In this document: positions 1-14,500 of the stretch, one piece after another
Numbering within the stretch: position 1 is the first letter of the stretch
Layout: each line of letters begins with the position of its first letter
Assembly (NCBI RefSeq): GCF_964204645.1
Contig: NC_134030.1
Location: 13,758,656-13,822,655, forward strand
Length of the DNA: 64,000 bases
Source: Tubulanus polymorphus
Lineage: Eukaryota; Animalia; Nemertea
Direction of reading: 5' to 3'
The notes under the pieces: generated by a model
Database searches by the model: none
Seen by the model: only the letters and a program-made list of their open reading frames with translations
Told to the model about the DNA's origin: nothing
Translations under genes and position numbers: made by a program

Positions 1-699
1 ATATGTGACACTTGACCTCTCTTGGGTCGCATGTCTGGAGGCTGTCTCATCAGGCGAAGCTTTGATTCGAATTGCAGACGGAAACCTTTAAAGACTACTC
101 TTTCGGCCCATCCGTCTCCAAACACATCTGACCAGCGGTCGGCTGCCATGTGGAGACAACCGCCCACTGGCCTGAGACCCTCAATGCTGCAATTTCCGAA
201 AGGGTTTGGCAGAGGACTTTCCCCTACCCTTACCCTTGAAGGACCTGCCTCTTCCTCGGCTACCCGCCCAAGACGAGTGTCCAGAAAAAGACGAATCCTG
301 GCTTTGCGGAGGAACCGGGGGGGGGGGGGGCTATTGCACAAGCAGTCTGCACCGGCTTTCTCGGAATCTTGAAAGGTCTATTAGACTTCGCCTGTGAATC
401 CTTGATTTTTTGGTACTCCGCTGCCACTGGAGCACACCAGCCCGAAAAAAGGCGATTGGAGTGACCCAGCGGGGCCTGAAATTGAGAATCTTGGGTCACC
501 TCTGGGAGCTTAGAGCCACAATCCTTTATAAATGAGGTCCTTGCCACCAGAATCATGTTAGCATGAGCCCTGACGGCAAGAAGAATCGCATGTGAAGCTG
601 ACCGTCCCAGAGACTGGATTATCCTATCCATACCGGCCAGGGCAGACGCAACCTCTGAGGGATCCGCCATCTCCTTTTCCAGTAGGGACTGAACCTCCC
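1..699 (-). mobile_element. Fragment of a diverged DIRS1-type retrotransposon (gag C-terminus and RT N-terminus)
   Basis: ORF 260..670 (GMDRIIQSLGRSASHAILLAVRAHANMIL) aligns to gag of the 12.4 kb and 42.2 kb copies (GMDRIIQSLARSVSHVIPLSVRGQANLVL). 1-200 encodes FGDGWAERVVFKGFRLQF...PPDMRPK, matching their RT start. Confidence 0.85.
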
Positions 700-1692
700 T
701 GGAAATACTAAGTTATTCTAAGATTCAACGCCCCCTGGTGACCATATTCAAAATCCAATGACCTCGAAACTCACCACAATTATAGAACATGTCATGAACT
801 ACACCTTTGCAATTGATCATGGTAACAAAATATGCCTAGGTACCAATATAATAAGGAAATACTAAGTTATTCTACTATTCAATGCCCCCTGGTGACCATA
901 TAGAATAACTAATGTCCTTAAAACTCGCAACAATCATAGATGATGTCATGAGCTACAACTTTCCAATTGATTGTGGTTACAAAATATGCATAGGTACAAA
1001 TATAATAAAGAAATGCTAAGATATTGTATTATTCCACGCCCTCTGGTGGCCATATACAAAATCCAATGACCTTGAAACTCACCACAATCATAGAACACGT
1101 TATGAGCTACAACTTTCTAATTGATTATAGTAGCAAAATACGCTTAGGTATCAATATAATGTGGAAAAACTTTTTCCCACTTAGTTATACTGTCTCAGGT
1201 ATAAAACATCCCTTTCCAAAGAATACCCATCACAAATTGCAATGAGAAATGGCAAACCAGTAGGAAGCTACAGGACTCAGAATTCGGGCCAAAATTAACA
1301 TTTTTGGGCACTAAAAAGGTCATAGAACGGCCATCTTGAGTCCGATCGACCCAATTTTTGTTATACTGATGGGCCCTGGGGGGATTCACATATATCCGAA
1401 AGATCAAGGTAATTGATCAAAGCGTCTTCAAAATTTCCCTCAAAAAGTTCAAAAATGTGTAAAAAGTGCTGATTTTGGCGAACAACAATGGCTGCCAGTC
1501 GGCCATCTTGATTCTGACAGGGCCAGTTTTTGGGCTGAAGATGTGTTTAGGGTAGATACATGTGTAACCCAAATATCAGACATTACCTTGAAGCGTCTTC
1601 AAAACTTCCCAAAATAACTGGATTCCGTCTACGGACGGACGGACGACGGACAAAAAGTGAACGCAATAGCCCGCTGGGACTAAAGTCTAAAA
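700..1692 (-). mobile_element. Non-autonomous Helentron-like element (HINE family 1), partial, three 154-bp units
   Basis: Unit motif ttcaa(c/t)gcccc recurs at 724, 878 and 1032; shared body; (acgg)n microsatellite near 1631; partial terminal hairpin; near-identical to 63150-64000. Confidence 0.75.
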
Positions 1693-2190
1693 ATATGTTT
1701 CACAATATGAAAAAATATTCAAATAAGGCCATCCCAAAATAATTGTCTGTTTGCCGCAACACCGACTCAACTTTTCAGGATGAGTTGATAGGTAGGTAGA
1801 AATTTTTTTTTGCAAAATTTTTGGGCAAAAAGAAAACAAATTTTTCACCTTTGGGCTTTATTACATGGAATCAATATCGCAAAAAAATCATATACGTTGT
1901 GCACGGGAATTTTGTCTAATAGCGTAGATTTGAAGAATTATTCTAAAATTATAACTTCGTCCAGAGCGTCATCTCTGTGTTAAAAATGAAACAGTACATT
2001 GAATATGTGCGCGCTTTTACGTTACCAGCTTTAATATAGTCACTATTAGAATGAATGGCAGCTTATTGGAACACTGCTTACACCTCCATGTCAATCAAAA
2101 CAATCACCGGGTATTAAAATGAAACAATACCTATGGCAGATGAGTGAAATAGTTACATCCTCACCAGCAATGAGCATTTGAAATCGAAAA
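1692..2190. repeat. Composite repeat: host repeat plus left part of the Harbinger-like MITE seen complete at 31922-32480
   Basis: 1692-2075 matches ~31886-32255 including the junction caaataa|ggccatcccaaaataat; 2095-2185 matches 12295-12382. Confidence 0.75.
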
Positions 2191-2378
2191 AACGCACCAA
2201 AAATGGCGGCACTAAGGAAGAAATTGAGTCACGTGGCTTGTGGCGTTGCCACTGTACGGTACCAGGGTATTCCGAAAAATGTCCAGCAGTATAGTTCCCA
2301 AGCTAAGGTCTTCTAATATGTGCCCAACGTAATGTATCCTGAAGGAAATATGAATGATCGCAGTAAATCATTTCATAC

Positions 2379-2507
2379 ATGTTTCATTTCTTGACGTTCT
2401 TTAAGTTTTTCAAGTTGTCGTAGGCGGAATCGTTCTTCTGCTGCTCTTTGTAGGTCGTCATGGTAGTCTTGGCTAAATTCTGTTTTCACTTTCCTTTCGT
2501 CTGTTCG
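2379..2507 (-). CDS. Host gene exon (last one found): RTDERKVKTEFSQDYHDDLQRAAEERFRLRQLEKLKERQEMKH
   Basis: tttacag acceptor, gtatg donor, 129 nt, phase 0-0; the gene presumably continues beyond position 1. Confidence 0.85.
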
Positions 2508-5500
2508 CTGTAAATGAAACAAAACCATTAGACATAACTCAATCAATGAAAGAATTCACCACTTAATGCTGGTTTAATTAAAACTTAAATTCCCTATTAG
2601 TACATTTCGAATAGAGAATATACGAAAAATTACCAAAATAAATGCCATCTAAAAAGACCAAGAAGATTCAGATCAGATGTTTATCTCATTGATGGGGAAG
2701 TTGGGTATTTTTCTAATTTCTTAGTCCAGCTGCTAGAATGCTACATGGGCCTCTCTTTTTTGCAATCGTATTCAGAAGGTTGTTTTACATAGTCAAAATG
2801 TTTTTGTCTGAAATCATCAATATGCTTGGGTATCTAGCAGCCTCAAAGTTGACATACAATACACATTTAAGTAGACTGGAACAGGGGTTTCTTACTTAGA
2901 TGAGTTCAAACTGGGATTCAGTTCTCAACTGGGTTTGTGGCCCCACTGATCTTCGAAATTTGCAATGATTTCAGTGATGTACTAAGGTAACTGGGTTGAA
3001 TTATGTAATAAGCTGGAATACTCTCATGACTGCTTGGAGCTGAAAGACCTTGAGGATTCAAAGGTAGCCTTATAAATAACTTAGCACTGTGACATAAACC
3101 CATGACAAACAATACATTATTGTTTATCGAGAACTCAAGGCTTGGGAGAAGCTCACTACCCTAAAGGAATACTATACCATATCTCTTTTCTCAAACCTGA
3201 GAGGAAAACCTATACAAGTTGAGCTCCTTGCATTCCAGTCACTGAAGCTAGGAATACTATACCATATCTCTTTTCTCAAACCTGAGAGGAAAACCTATAC
3301 AAGTTGAGCTCCTTGCATTCCAGTCACTGAAGCTAGGTGAGTGGACCATTAGTGGTGCATGTGTGGCCTGGACCACTAGCCAAGTAAGAAAAGCATCACT
3401 ATAGCAGACCTCCCTGTGTCCCTTACAAGCCTTAGGGGACAGTTCTTAGGTTCTTAGAGGAAATGACTTGGAAATTAGAGGACATAGAGGACAAAAATTA
3501 CAAAGAAAATGTATAAGTAACAAATTGCACACTAAGCATATTTCAATTATCATAAAAGTTATTCAGTAATTAGTTTGAACAGTTAATTGAATAATTGAAC
3601 GATTCAAGCTATTTGCAGACCAGTCATAATACATATGAAATTTGATTGACTCAATTTGCCCTGAAACACCTTATAGCGAACCTTCAGTGACCGGGATGCA
3701 GAGAATTTAACAGCAGCTACGATGTTGTATTTGATTGTGATAGCAAAATATGCCTCGTTACCAATATAATATGGAAATACTAAGTCATTCTACTATTCAA
3801 TGCCCCATGGTGACCATATGCAAAACCAAATGACTTTGAAACTCACCACAATCAAAGAACATGTCATGAGCTACAACTACAGCAATTGATCATGGTAACT
3901 AAATATGCCTCGGTACCAATTCAATAAGGAAAGACTAAGTTATTCTACAATTCACTGCCCCCTGGTGACCAAACAGAATGACTAATGTCCGTAAAACTCA
4001 CCACAATCATAGGCGATGCCATGAGCTACAACTTTGCAATTGCTTGTTGTAACAAAATATGCAGATACAAATATAATATAGAAATACTAAGTTATTGTAT
4101 TATTCAACGCCCCCTGGTGGTAATGCGAATGAGTACTGATGACACCAAGATGGCTGCCAATTGTGTCATAATCGGCTGATCAAAAATACCTGTCTCGGGT
4201 AAAAAATATGCCTTTCCAAAGAACACCCATCACAAATTGCGATGAGAAATGGCAAACAAGTAGGAAGCTACAGGACTCAGAATTCGGGCAAAAATTGACA
4301 TTGTTTGGCACTAAACAGGTCATAGGACATCTTGAGTCCAATCGACCCAATTTCTCTTATGCTGATGGGGCCTTACGATTCAAATATGTATGAAAGATCA
4401 AGATAATTTATCAAAGCGTCTTCAAAACTTCCGTCAAAAAGTACAAAAATGTGTAAAAAGTGCAGATTTTTGTCGAACATCAATGGCTGCCAGTCAGTCA
4501 TCTTGATTCTTATAGGGCCAGTTTTTGGGCTGAAGATGTGTCTAGGGTAGATACATGTGTAACCCAAATATCAAGACATAACATTGAAGTGTCTTAAAAA
4601 CTTCCCAAAATACAGTAAAACCTCTCTTAGTGAACACATCTATTTAGTGAACGATCCCTTGGTGAACACTTTTGACTGTAACCAAATTTTCCCTACTCAT
4701 TTTGAAGTAAACAGAACCTCTATTTAGTGAACACCTCTACATAGTGAACAGTGAACACTTTTTCTGGTACCAAATGAGCATTTTATCTCTCTATAGTGAA
4801 CAGTGGTCCCATCCCAGAATGTCTAGACAGTCAAAGTGTGTTAGTAGACTAATTGTTATCAGTATAGGTGTTCATCATATACCATATAAATATAACCCAT
4901 GGTCATTCAATTGTCTTGAATAGTCCTTAGGCATATTAGGTATATTGGTGACTATGATTATGAATGGACTGTTGTTATTGTTCAATGGGTACTTCAATTT
5001 GAATGTTAGTTATCTGAATTATGATAATTATCCTCACATCATATTGAAGTAGCAATGTATTGGCTAAATTTTCAAATCGAAAGGATTTACAAAAATTCAA
5101 TAAAATAAAGTAATCACCATCTTTTGATCATTTTGATTAAATGATGTATTGACTAATGGTTCATACTGGGAGTAGTTACTCAAATTGCTGGTAGGTGGCG
5201 GGTAGCAAATATGTGCTACCTCTATTTAGTGAACACCTCTCTATAGTAAACATTTTTTCCGCAACCCCAAGCATTCACTATAGAGAGGTAATACTGTAGC
5301 TGGATTCCATATACGGACGGACGAATGGACGGCGGACGAAAAGTGAACGCAACAGCCCCCTGGGACTAAAGTCCCAAGTGGGCTAAAAACAACAAGATGA
5401 GAATGCATCTAAGCCCGCTTGGTCAGGTGCAATATATAGGCAGTCTGCACCATCTAGGATGACATCATGACCTAGTTTGGTCATGTGATAGGTCATGCAG

Positions 5501-8500
5501 TTGACATTTTCGTATGAAATAACATCAAAGCCCTATCTGAAAAACATTTTGCATTGATGATGAATGATTATCAAAATGTATAATTTCAGAATCGAAAGTC
5601 GGTCATCTTGGATGACATCATAACAAGCGGGCTTAAAAGCTTAAAAAAGCGGACAAAAAATCAAAATGATTATAACGGAAATATTTAAATTTAATAAACT
5701 TTGAAATTTAGATTGGATCTAACAGTATTTCTTGGATCTAACAGTATTTATGATATCTCACAGGGCATTTGAGGTTCATGATGTAACATACATGTACATG
5801 TAATTTTCAATTACAGTGCCCATAATTGATTTTATCGGACACCTTTGATAAACCCTCACAGCACTCAGTAAGGAGTTTATTCCCAGCTTAAAGTAATGCT
5901 TGGGCTGTCCTGACACCCTCAAAAATACATTTGCTGAAATAGAGGAATTAGAGGGCATTCCTTCAAATCAGAGGACATTAGAGGACACTTTTCCATATTA
6001 GAGGATTTAGAGGACATCTGGGAGGCCTACTAAAGTACTGTCAATAAAATTGCTCATGAGAATTTCTTAACTGCTAACCTATTTGATTTCCTAACTCGAG
6101 GGCATTGTCAATTGATGTAGAATTAGTTGAGTTTGCCCGCACACAACATCCAGGGATATTGTTCTACAGCAGAAGTAACAGGAGCATGTTGATGTCAAAA
6201 CAAAGTAAGATTGCAGAAAAACAGTAATACATCTTATTCCTTCAGCTGGGACTGGCAAAATTCTAGCCAGATTTTGTGTGCAAAAATCACCCCTTTGTTA
6301 GGCACTTACAAGTTTAGTGACGTCAGTAGCTGTCATGTGTTGAGGCAGCAGGTTCCCAGTCCTTGGGTCACGTTTTGGTTTTCCAACTAAACCATCATTC
6401 AAAACTCTTGCAAGTTCCCCAACCTGTAAATACATGTTTTAACATAGCAGAAACTTGCTCACACTATAAAGGATAACACAATCGAAGAACATTTTGGGAT
6501 CCAGGTTTGGATTCAATGAAGAAAAACGTCAACACTTGCTTCTTATTACCTGGGTTACACCTCTACATGTTACACCTCAAAACACGGGTATAATGCAGTT
6601 TTCCACACAACCCAGGTATTAGAAACCCTTCTTGAAAAAGAAGGGTACACTCTGCATTGAGCCTGTGTTCGCGAAAAAACTGCATTTTCTCTAGTATCAA
6701 TGGTAAACTTGGTTCAACGAGCTAGTGTAGACGCGATGTCCAGGGCCCTTTTTCAATGTTTGTAAAAAGAAATATGGAACTCAGTAAACGCTTTGTTACA
6801 AGCGAAGAATAACGAAAGCCTACCATCAATCACATGTGAACATGTTGTGCACACAGCTCGCAGATACATTCTATACTCCAGAGACTGATTAGATTGATCA
6901 TCACTAATGTTGAATTCTATTTATACAGTGACATCATATGACTACTCACTTCCAGCAAAAGAATGGACAACTTTGCCAAAATAAAATTTTTCAGATTTTC
7001 ATGATGCTATTTCAACTAGCAAATCAATTTCCTAAATGGCTTATAGCTCCAACAGTAAACAGTCAAAATTCTCTAGTGTTCACTTTTTGAAGGCTACAGA
7101 CCTTGATCAGTAAATGTGTACCTGCTGCCATTTATTTGGAGAAGATTGAAATGAAACGATTTGATCTCATCCGTTCTATCAACTCTCTGTACACTTGAGT
7201 TAAACCGGTTTCTTTTCAGGAGATATATCAGGCGTGGATCCAGGGCCATTCAGTGACTACAGCACAGTGAAAAAAGGGCACCAACTTTGAAAAGGGCCAG
7301 TATTAATGCCCAGCAAGCGAGTTTGAGTTTGAGTGCCATTTATTGGTATCATGCCACTTAATTTGCCTTCACATTCAATTTGCTTGTGCCTTTTTTAGAT
7401 TTTTGGCGAAATTTGCCCTTTTTCGATTAGATTTATAGAGCACCAATCATGTCTCTTTTAGAATAGTGCCCTTTTGAGTAAAGGAAAATGCCTTAGATTG
7501 CCTTTTTTGATTTTGGGCAATTTATTTTCATTCACATTTTGCTTTAGTCCTGGTACAGAAAGGCAATTATTTTTCATGGCGCACTAATTGTGTGCCTTTT
7601 TATTTACTTATTTCCCGAAACAACAATTTTTCAAGGGCATTTGAAAACTGCGACTACCGCACGTGCTGCATGTGCGATAGTCTGGATCCGCGCCTGTATA
7701 TCTTATTATGTCATATCACAGAACTGTTAAAAATCTCTTAGCCAAAGACTGCATATTACTTGGCCGAAGAACCGGGTATGACCAGCTAAGGGCTCATCTC
7801 ATTGGGTATAACTTTGATATAATACCACAACCAGATTAATGCTTACTGGTGCTTTTCTGTAGGCTTCATCTTTTTCCATTATTTTCCGATGTTCAGAGGC
7901 TTCTCTTTCTGCAAAGAGAACAAAAGACAATCTATGAAAGCGTTATCAAAACTTTCTAAATAACGGAATTGTGTCTACGGACAAATGGTTTACGGTTTTG
8001 TCTTTGATGTTATTGTCTGCAACGATGATATTGAATAGATTTTGTCTGGAATAGCAGTACTGGTAAATAAGAATAAGACTTGAAATATAGCTGCAAAGCA
8101 GCGATAACGGGTTTTCTGGTTAGCTAGTTGAAATGTCGTACTTAGACTTGGACGAAATCAATCTTAAATCAGTAAATAAATGACGCCATCAAGAGATCAA
8201 CGCTTATACCAGATATAGAGATCAATGTGCTTTGCGAAATACAAAGTACTCTTTGTACCAAGTTTAGTCAAAATAGGATAACGAAGATGTAGTGCTAGAT
8301 ATCATGAGCTACAATTTGGCAATTGTCGAATTGATTGGTGGTAACAATCGATCGAAGTATCTTCAACAGTTCCCATTCAAAACCTCTGCAAAAGTGCTGA
8401 TTTTGCCGAACTGGACACAAGTCGGCCATCTTGATTCCGATCTGGCTGTAGAAAGGGTTAAGGGAACAAACATACATAACTAACTATTAAAACCATACAT

Positions 8501-11500
8501 AAAAGCGTATTGAAAACTTTAGGAAGACTTATAAGATTTTATTTGATTTGAAATAGTGATCAGAACAGGTAAATAGGATTTTCAAACATTTTCAATAAAT
8601 CTATCGAGATATATTTGCAATAATATCCATGAAACGACGGAAGAGACTAAGTTGAATAAAGAAAAGGTCCAAAAAATGGCAATGTGGTTTTTTTATGATC
8701 GGAACCGAATCTGTCCGCAGGATGACTGGCACATGTAGTCATTTCTGTCAAGCGAGTGAGTAACGATGCAAACATGGCCCGAATCCGAGAGCCCGTGGCC
8801 ACCAATTTTCTGTACACATCATACGCCAAGGTTGGTTTATGCAGATGATCTAGAGCCTCCTCTGATCCACCACTCCATTCTAGTCGGTATTGGCATTTTC
8901 TTCGATACATTCAAATGATAATTGTTGTTTTCAGATTGATATCACTTAACATTGTTCAATGCATTTTAGCCGTTAAACTAGGGGTCCAGGGACACCATGC
9001 CCAATTGGGAAGTGGTTTCAAATGCGCAACAATCTAACAATTTCAATATTCAATGCCCCCTGGTGACCATGTACAAAAACCAATGACCTTGAAACTATCC
9101 ACAATCATAGAACATGTCAGCAGCTACGATTTTGTAATTGATTGTGTCATGATACTCACCACAATTATAGACGATGTCATGCGCTACAACTTTGCAATTG
9201 ATTGTGGTGACAAAATATGCATTGGTACAAATATAATATAGAAATACTAACATATAGTCATGGTTCCCGCAGTTATATGAATTCAAAATCCCCATCTTTT
9301 TCCCAAGTATTTCATGGGTGATTTTTCAGTTGCTAATACAGCTACATTTATAACCACACTACAGACTACATTTTTATCTTTCCTTTTGTTCTAGTTCTCA
9401 AAATACGTTGTCATATCGTGGAATCGCAGATTTTTCAAAAACACAGAATTCATTTATTTGTACTATAAATAGTAACCAGATTTTTGAGGGGTATACCCCT
9501 TGTCGGACAAGGCACTGGACGCATTATTTCATTACCGGTACCCGGTAGGCCTATGTAATAATTTATCACTATCAACACTCCACAAATAAACGAAACTTCC
9601 CAATGAAAAAATGGGGAACCAACGTAGGCAATTAATGATTCAACATTGACTACTGACCCCACAGGGATTTGTGTATTGGTCCTGTACCCAAGGCAGCGCG
9701 TGGGACAAAACCGCATCTAGTTCTGCACATGTTACCACTAATAAGCCTTTCATTAATCTAATTAATGCTGCATTGTAAAATGGATTTAAAGATGTTTTAT
9801 TTAGACTGCACTGTTTCACTGGTCGTATTAGGACCAAACGGAGGTATGTGTTCAAACGATCAAGCAAAATATCCCAAAATGATCAATCTCAGACAAAAAT
9901 GAAAACATTATGCATTCTGGCTTTGGATATTTCATGTGTAGCGTGCATCTAAATTGGAATCTATACGAGTGTGGTGTATCTAGAAAAGTAAACTAAAGTT
10001 GAATGATACTAAAGATTACAAAATGGTTTGTTTTTTTAACTCCGTTATTTGTGATGAGAAAGCTGTTACATAGTGGCTTCTCCGTGTTGATTCCTTGGGT
10101 CTAACCAGAAAGAAACTTTCCGTAATGGGTTTCGATATTGACTTAGAACTTGAAAAGTGAATGGAAATAACTCGGTGATGCGGTGCTTGTTAAATCCATA
10201 CTATCAAGGTAAAACGTCAGTAAGTATACTTACCATGGCCACTGGATAGTCAGAACAATCGCCAAGAACCCATGGCATAGGCCTATGACCATGATGTCCA
10301 TGGGGTACAAGCTTCACATCCATGATTCGACACGAGTGTTTTGAAGCTATTCGAGACTGAACCTTAAGGCCAACTGCTAGCTGTATACCCTGATGGCCTA
10401 TAGCTAGTCTTGCGATTGACCAAGCGGAAACATGAAAACAATATTTACCAGTGGAAGAACGACAGTTACGCAAGATAAATTATGGGCATTTTGGACTTGA
10501 CAATTTTGATCCTGTGAGACAATGACATAAAACGAAACTAAAACTTGAACATAAACAAAATCAGAAGCTGCTATCGATGTTTTTCAAATTTCAGGGCAGT
10601 ACATTTCAGTGCATTAAACCAGGACAGCCGGTTACTGCTGGAATAAGTTCATCAACTGAATGTGACTTTCAATAGTTTCATTCATGATACAATATCCTAA
10701 CATGCAGTTAAGGCCCAAGCTTAAAACGTTTTTAAATGTGACACAATGTCTTCGGATGACCATTCGACGATTGGGGATATCGACAAATTCAAGTTCTTGA
10801 ATTACTCGTTTGATGGCGCTAGTCAGAACCGGAAATTGGAACCTAAATCCGCCATGTTCTAGTTCATTTGCAATGAAAATTTCTTGCCTCAAGTTTTCAA
10901 TGAGCGATATTTTTCTTACTATACATTGTCACGCGTAATCCTTTAATTATGATATCCTACCGCTACGTTGGATACGATAAAACCTCACAGCAAAGGCTAG
11001 AAATCACTATAAATGCCCTAAAATTATCATAAAACATTTTGCAACAGCTTACGATGTAAAGACTGGTTGCCAAGTATCACATGGTGGCAGCACTTGACAG
11101 CCCGATTTATGATTGTTGGATCGAGTCCTGGTACTCATCATATTTTTATTATGGATCTATGAGTGAAGTCCTTCTAAAATCAATTTTATTTCATGATATT
11201 ATTTCATATTTACCAGTGTAGCCTGCAATAAATTCCCCTTAGAGTCTCGAACTCAACAACAAAATCATGACACCCGCCACCAGTCTTTACTTCCGTTAGC
11301 TGCTTCAAGTGTATCGCTAAATTTGTGATTTTTGGTAATTTTATTACATTTTTAGGGATATTTCGTTGTTTAGCGAATTCAACACGTTGTCAGGATAGCA
11401 TACTTAAAGGATTACGCGTGACGATGTATGGTAAGTAAAATATCGCTAACTAAAAACCTGAAGCGAGAGATTTTTATCGCAAATGAACTAGAACATGGCG

Positions 11501-14500
11501 GATTTAGGTTCCAATTTCCGGTTCTGACCAGCGCCATTGAACGAGTTATTCAAGAACTTGAATTTGTCGATATCCCGTATCAAAATGTAGGTCTGTTGAT
11601 GCATGTCTGTATGCACGCCGTAAAAACACTTATCTGCTCCATGGGAAGCGTCATCTATTACAACATGTAATTGATAAATAAATGGTTAATGGTTAACGCG
11701 TTTTGCTGACAATGCAATCGACTCGCATCGAGCACTAAGCATTAAAGATATCAATATCATCATTTTGCAAACATCCCCCCCGGCAGGGATTTGAACCTGA
11801 CCATCGAGATTGCCACGGTACGAAATCCTGCCACACTAGACCGAGTGCGCGGCTACATGCGCAGCTTAGATGATGTCATTATTTGCCAATTAGATATCCC
11901 GTTTTATTTTAGCCCAGGTTTTCCCATTTATAGTTCTTCCGTGAAATGAACCATATTTCATATTTTCAAAAAAATATTTTTCACAATAAGAAAAAATATT
12001 CAAATAAAATTCATATGTTGTCACATATCAGAGGGTGGCTGAATGTTGAGTCTGGGAAACAAAACCTCTTCCAATGTATGGCCACGGAAGCTAAAACACA
12101 GGGGCGTAGTATTAGATCGTTCTAAATCCTGGAATTTAGCACTACAATATTGCACACGCCAAGCAGCGTTACAGCATCACCACCATATAGTAGTCTGTAT
12201 GAGCGGGTGTTTGTGTGCAACAGTCTAATGTTTAGCACTCCCGCGCATGTGGAGGCCTTGTGTAGTGAACGTTCGCTTCACTTCAATCTCAAGCAACACA
12301 ATCACCGGATATTAAAATGAAACAATACCTATGGCAATATGTGAAAAAACTATATTCTCACCAGCAATGAGCATTGAAAATTTGCACATATACGGCACCT
12401 AGTCCAATGAAACGTTCGCCATTAATGGCTTTCCCGATGCCCGGTTCCACTCGATGTTTTAGGGCTTCAATTCGCCATTGACGCCCAACCGAGCCTGGTC
12501 GTTGGTTCTTTGCCAAAAATTCCAAAGCAGGCCGCAGCGAAACAAATTCATTCGCTGGCCCAAAGACAATATGAATTTGTCGGACTGAAAGCGCATGAAT
12601 CTCAGAGCGACGGGCCGAGCAAGCCAAGAACAGCAAAAATACAGTCTTTTTTGACAAATTTGCAAATGACGCTGCCGAAAGAGGTTCAAATGGAGCCTCC
12701 ATTAATTTCTTCAAAATTGCAGACAGATCCCATGGTGGAACAATCTTTGTTACCCGAGGCCGGGAAATAGAAAACCCTGCAACCAGCTGGGATATCCGAT
12801 GATCCCCTGCTACATTTGGCCATCCAGAAGCACGCAATGTATGAGAAATCGCGGAGCGGTAACCTTTAATAGTTATGACCTGCAAATCTTTTACTACAAA
12901 TAGGTGCAGTAAAAAATGTGCCAATTGAGCTAAAGAGGGTGAGCATGGATCAATTTCCCCTGCAGCACACCAATCCGCAAAATGACTCCATTTGGCATCG
13001 TAAATGGTACTTGTTGATGGCCGCTTAGATCCTGGAATAAAGGAGGCAGCCTGTTCTGAAAAGCCTGAAGCTGACAAGGATCGCTGGACAATGGCCAGGC
13101 GAGCAGATTTAGCCACTGGCTGTTTGGATGATGCCGAAAGTTCCCCAGAGACAGAAGCGATGGGAAATTCGGAAGAATCCTGGGGTTGTCGCACAGTAGG
13201 TTGAGAAGTGGTAGGAACCATTTCTGAGCCGGCCAACATGGTGCTACCAGAACTATGTTGCAATTGACTGATCTTTCTATTTGATCCAGTAAGCGCGGCA
13301 GGACTGGTGTGGGCGGGAACGCATACGCATGCATCCCCGACCAGTCCAGAGAGAAGGCATCGACCCCCCACGCTTCCGCATCTGGAAACGGGGACACAAA
13401 CAGAGGACACCTCTGATTGAACCGGGTGGCAAACAGATCCAGCAGCGGATTGCCAAACGTGCCCCGAACCCGATCGGCTACTTCTTGGTGGAGAACCCAT
13501 TCTGTCGCAATAGCCTGACCTCGGCCATCACGTTCCTTTTCCCTGCTAAATGTGCCACAGTCAGGGACACGCCCTTTGTCTGGCACCAAAGAAGAATTTT
13601 GGCCGACAGACCTGTGTGGGTTTCTGAGTGAGTGCCCCCTTGGTTCTGAAGGTAAGCCCTCACTGTTGAATTGTCTGTGGCTAACCAAACGTGGTGGCCC
13701 TCCACTCTCCTGTGAAAGAACTTCAGGGCCTTCCACACGGCCAGCATTTCTAGGAAATTTATGTGGTTGGTGGCCTCGTAGCGAGACCATCTCCCTGCTT
13801 TGACTCGGTTCTCCAGATGTGCCCCCCATCCTTGGTAACTGGCATCCGTGAATACACGAACTGGAGCCTCTAACGGGGCTAGTGACACCCCGAGCCAAAG
13901 ATTCGTAGTTGCCGCCCACCACTGAAGATCCGGACTTGGATCGGTTGGAGGTACGGGAATCAAGGCCTCCCAGTTGCCCTTCGACTGAGACCAGAAGACC
14001 CTCAAATATTGTTGCAAGCGCCTGCTTCTGAGGCGGCCTAAGGGCACCACCAGACCCATGGAGCTGATGGAGCCTAGAAGCCGTGACCAGTAACGAGCTG
14101 TTCTCGGGGTTGTGGACACTCCCGCTACAGCTTCTTGAAGTTTGGCCGAGATAAGTGAACTGTTGGGCCGGTAAACGAACAGTCGAACACCCCTTGACTG
14201 AAGTACCTTCTGAACTGACTTGACCAACTTGGTGAAAACCCACGGGGCTGTACTGAGGCCAAATAGAAGAGACCTGAATTGGAACTGGCGGCCTTTCCAC
14301 TTTATCCTGAGAAATCGCCGAGATTTTGGGTGAATTGGAACCTGAAAGTAAGCATCTTTCAGGTCCAATGAAGCCGCCCATTGACCCGGACGGAGCCCTT
14401 GAATCACGTCCTTGGGCTTGGTCATCCGGAACCTTGGAATGTCTAGGTGCCGATTGAGGGATGACAGATCTATCACTGTCCGTTGACCCCCTGTGGCCTT

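Larger units (their letters stand above)
3406..6028. mobile_element. hAT-like non-autonomous element hosting nested insertions
   Basis: Imperfect TIRs agacctccctgtgtcc / ggacatctgggaggcct; subterminal ttagagga(c) repeats at both ends; degenerate 8-bp flanks actatagc / actaaagt. Confidence 0.5.

Noticed and set aside
1024-1742. Recurrent short ORFs such as MTLKLTTIIEHVMSYNF as a peptide gene family
   Set aside because: Translations of the HINE units; stops and frames vary between copies.
10632-11670. Two ORFs encoding nearly the same peptide (EIFIANELEHGGFRFQFPV)
   Set aside because: They are the two arms of one inverted repeat, not paralogous genes.
11775-11856. Functional tRNA gene
   Set aside because: Acceptor and anticodon stems do not pair properly; a SINE head fits better.
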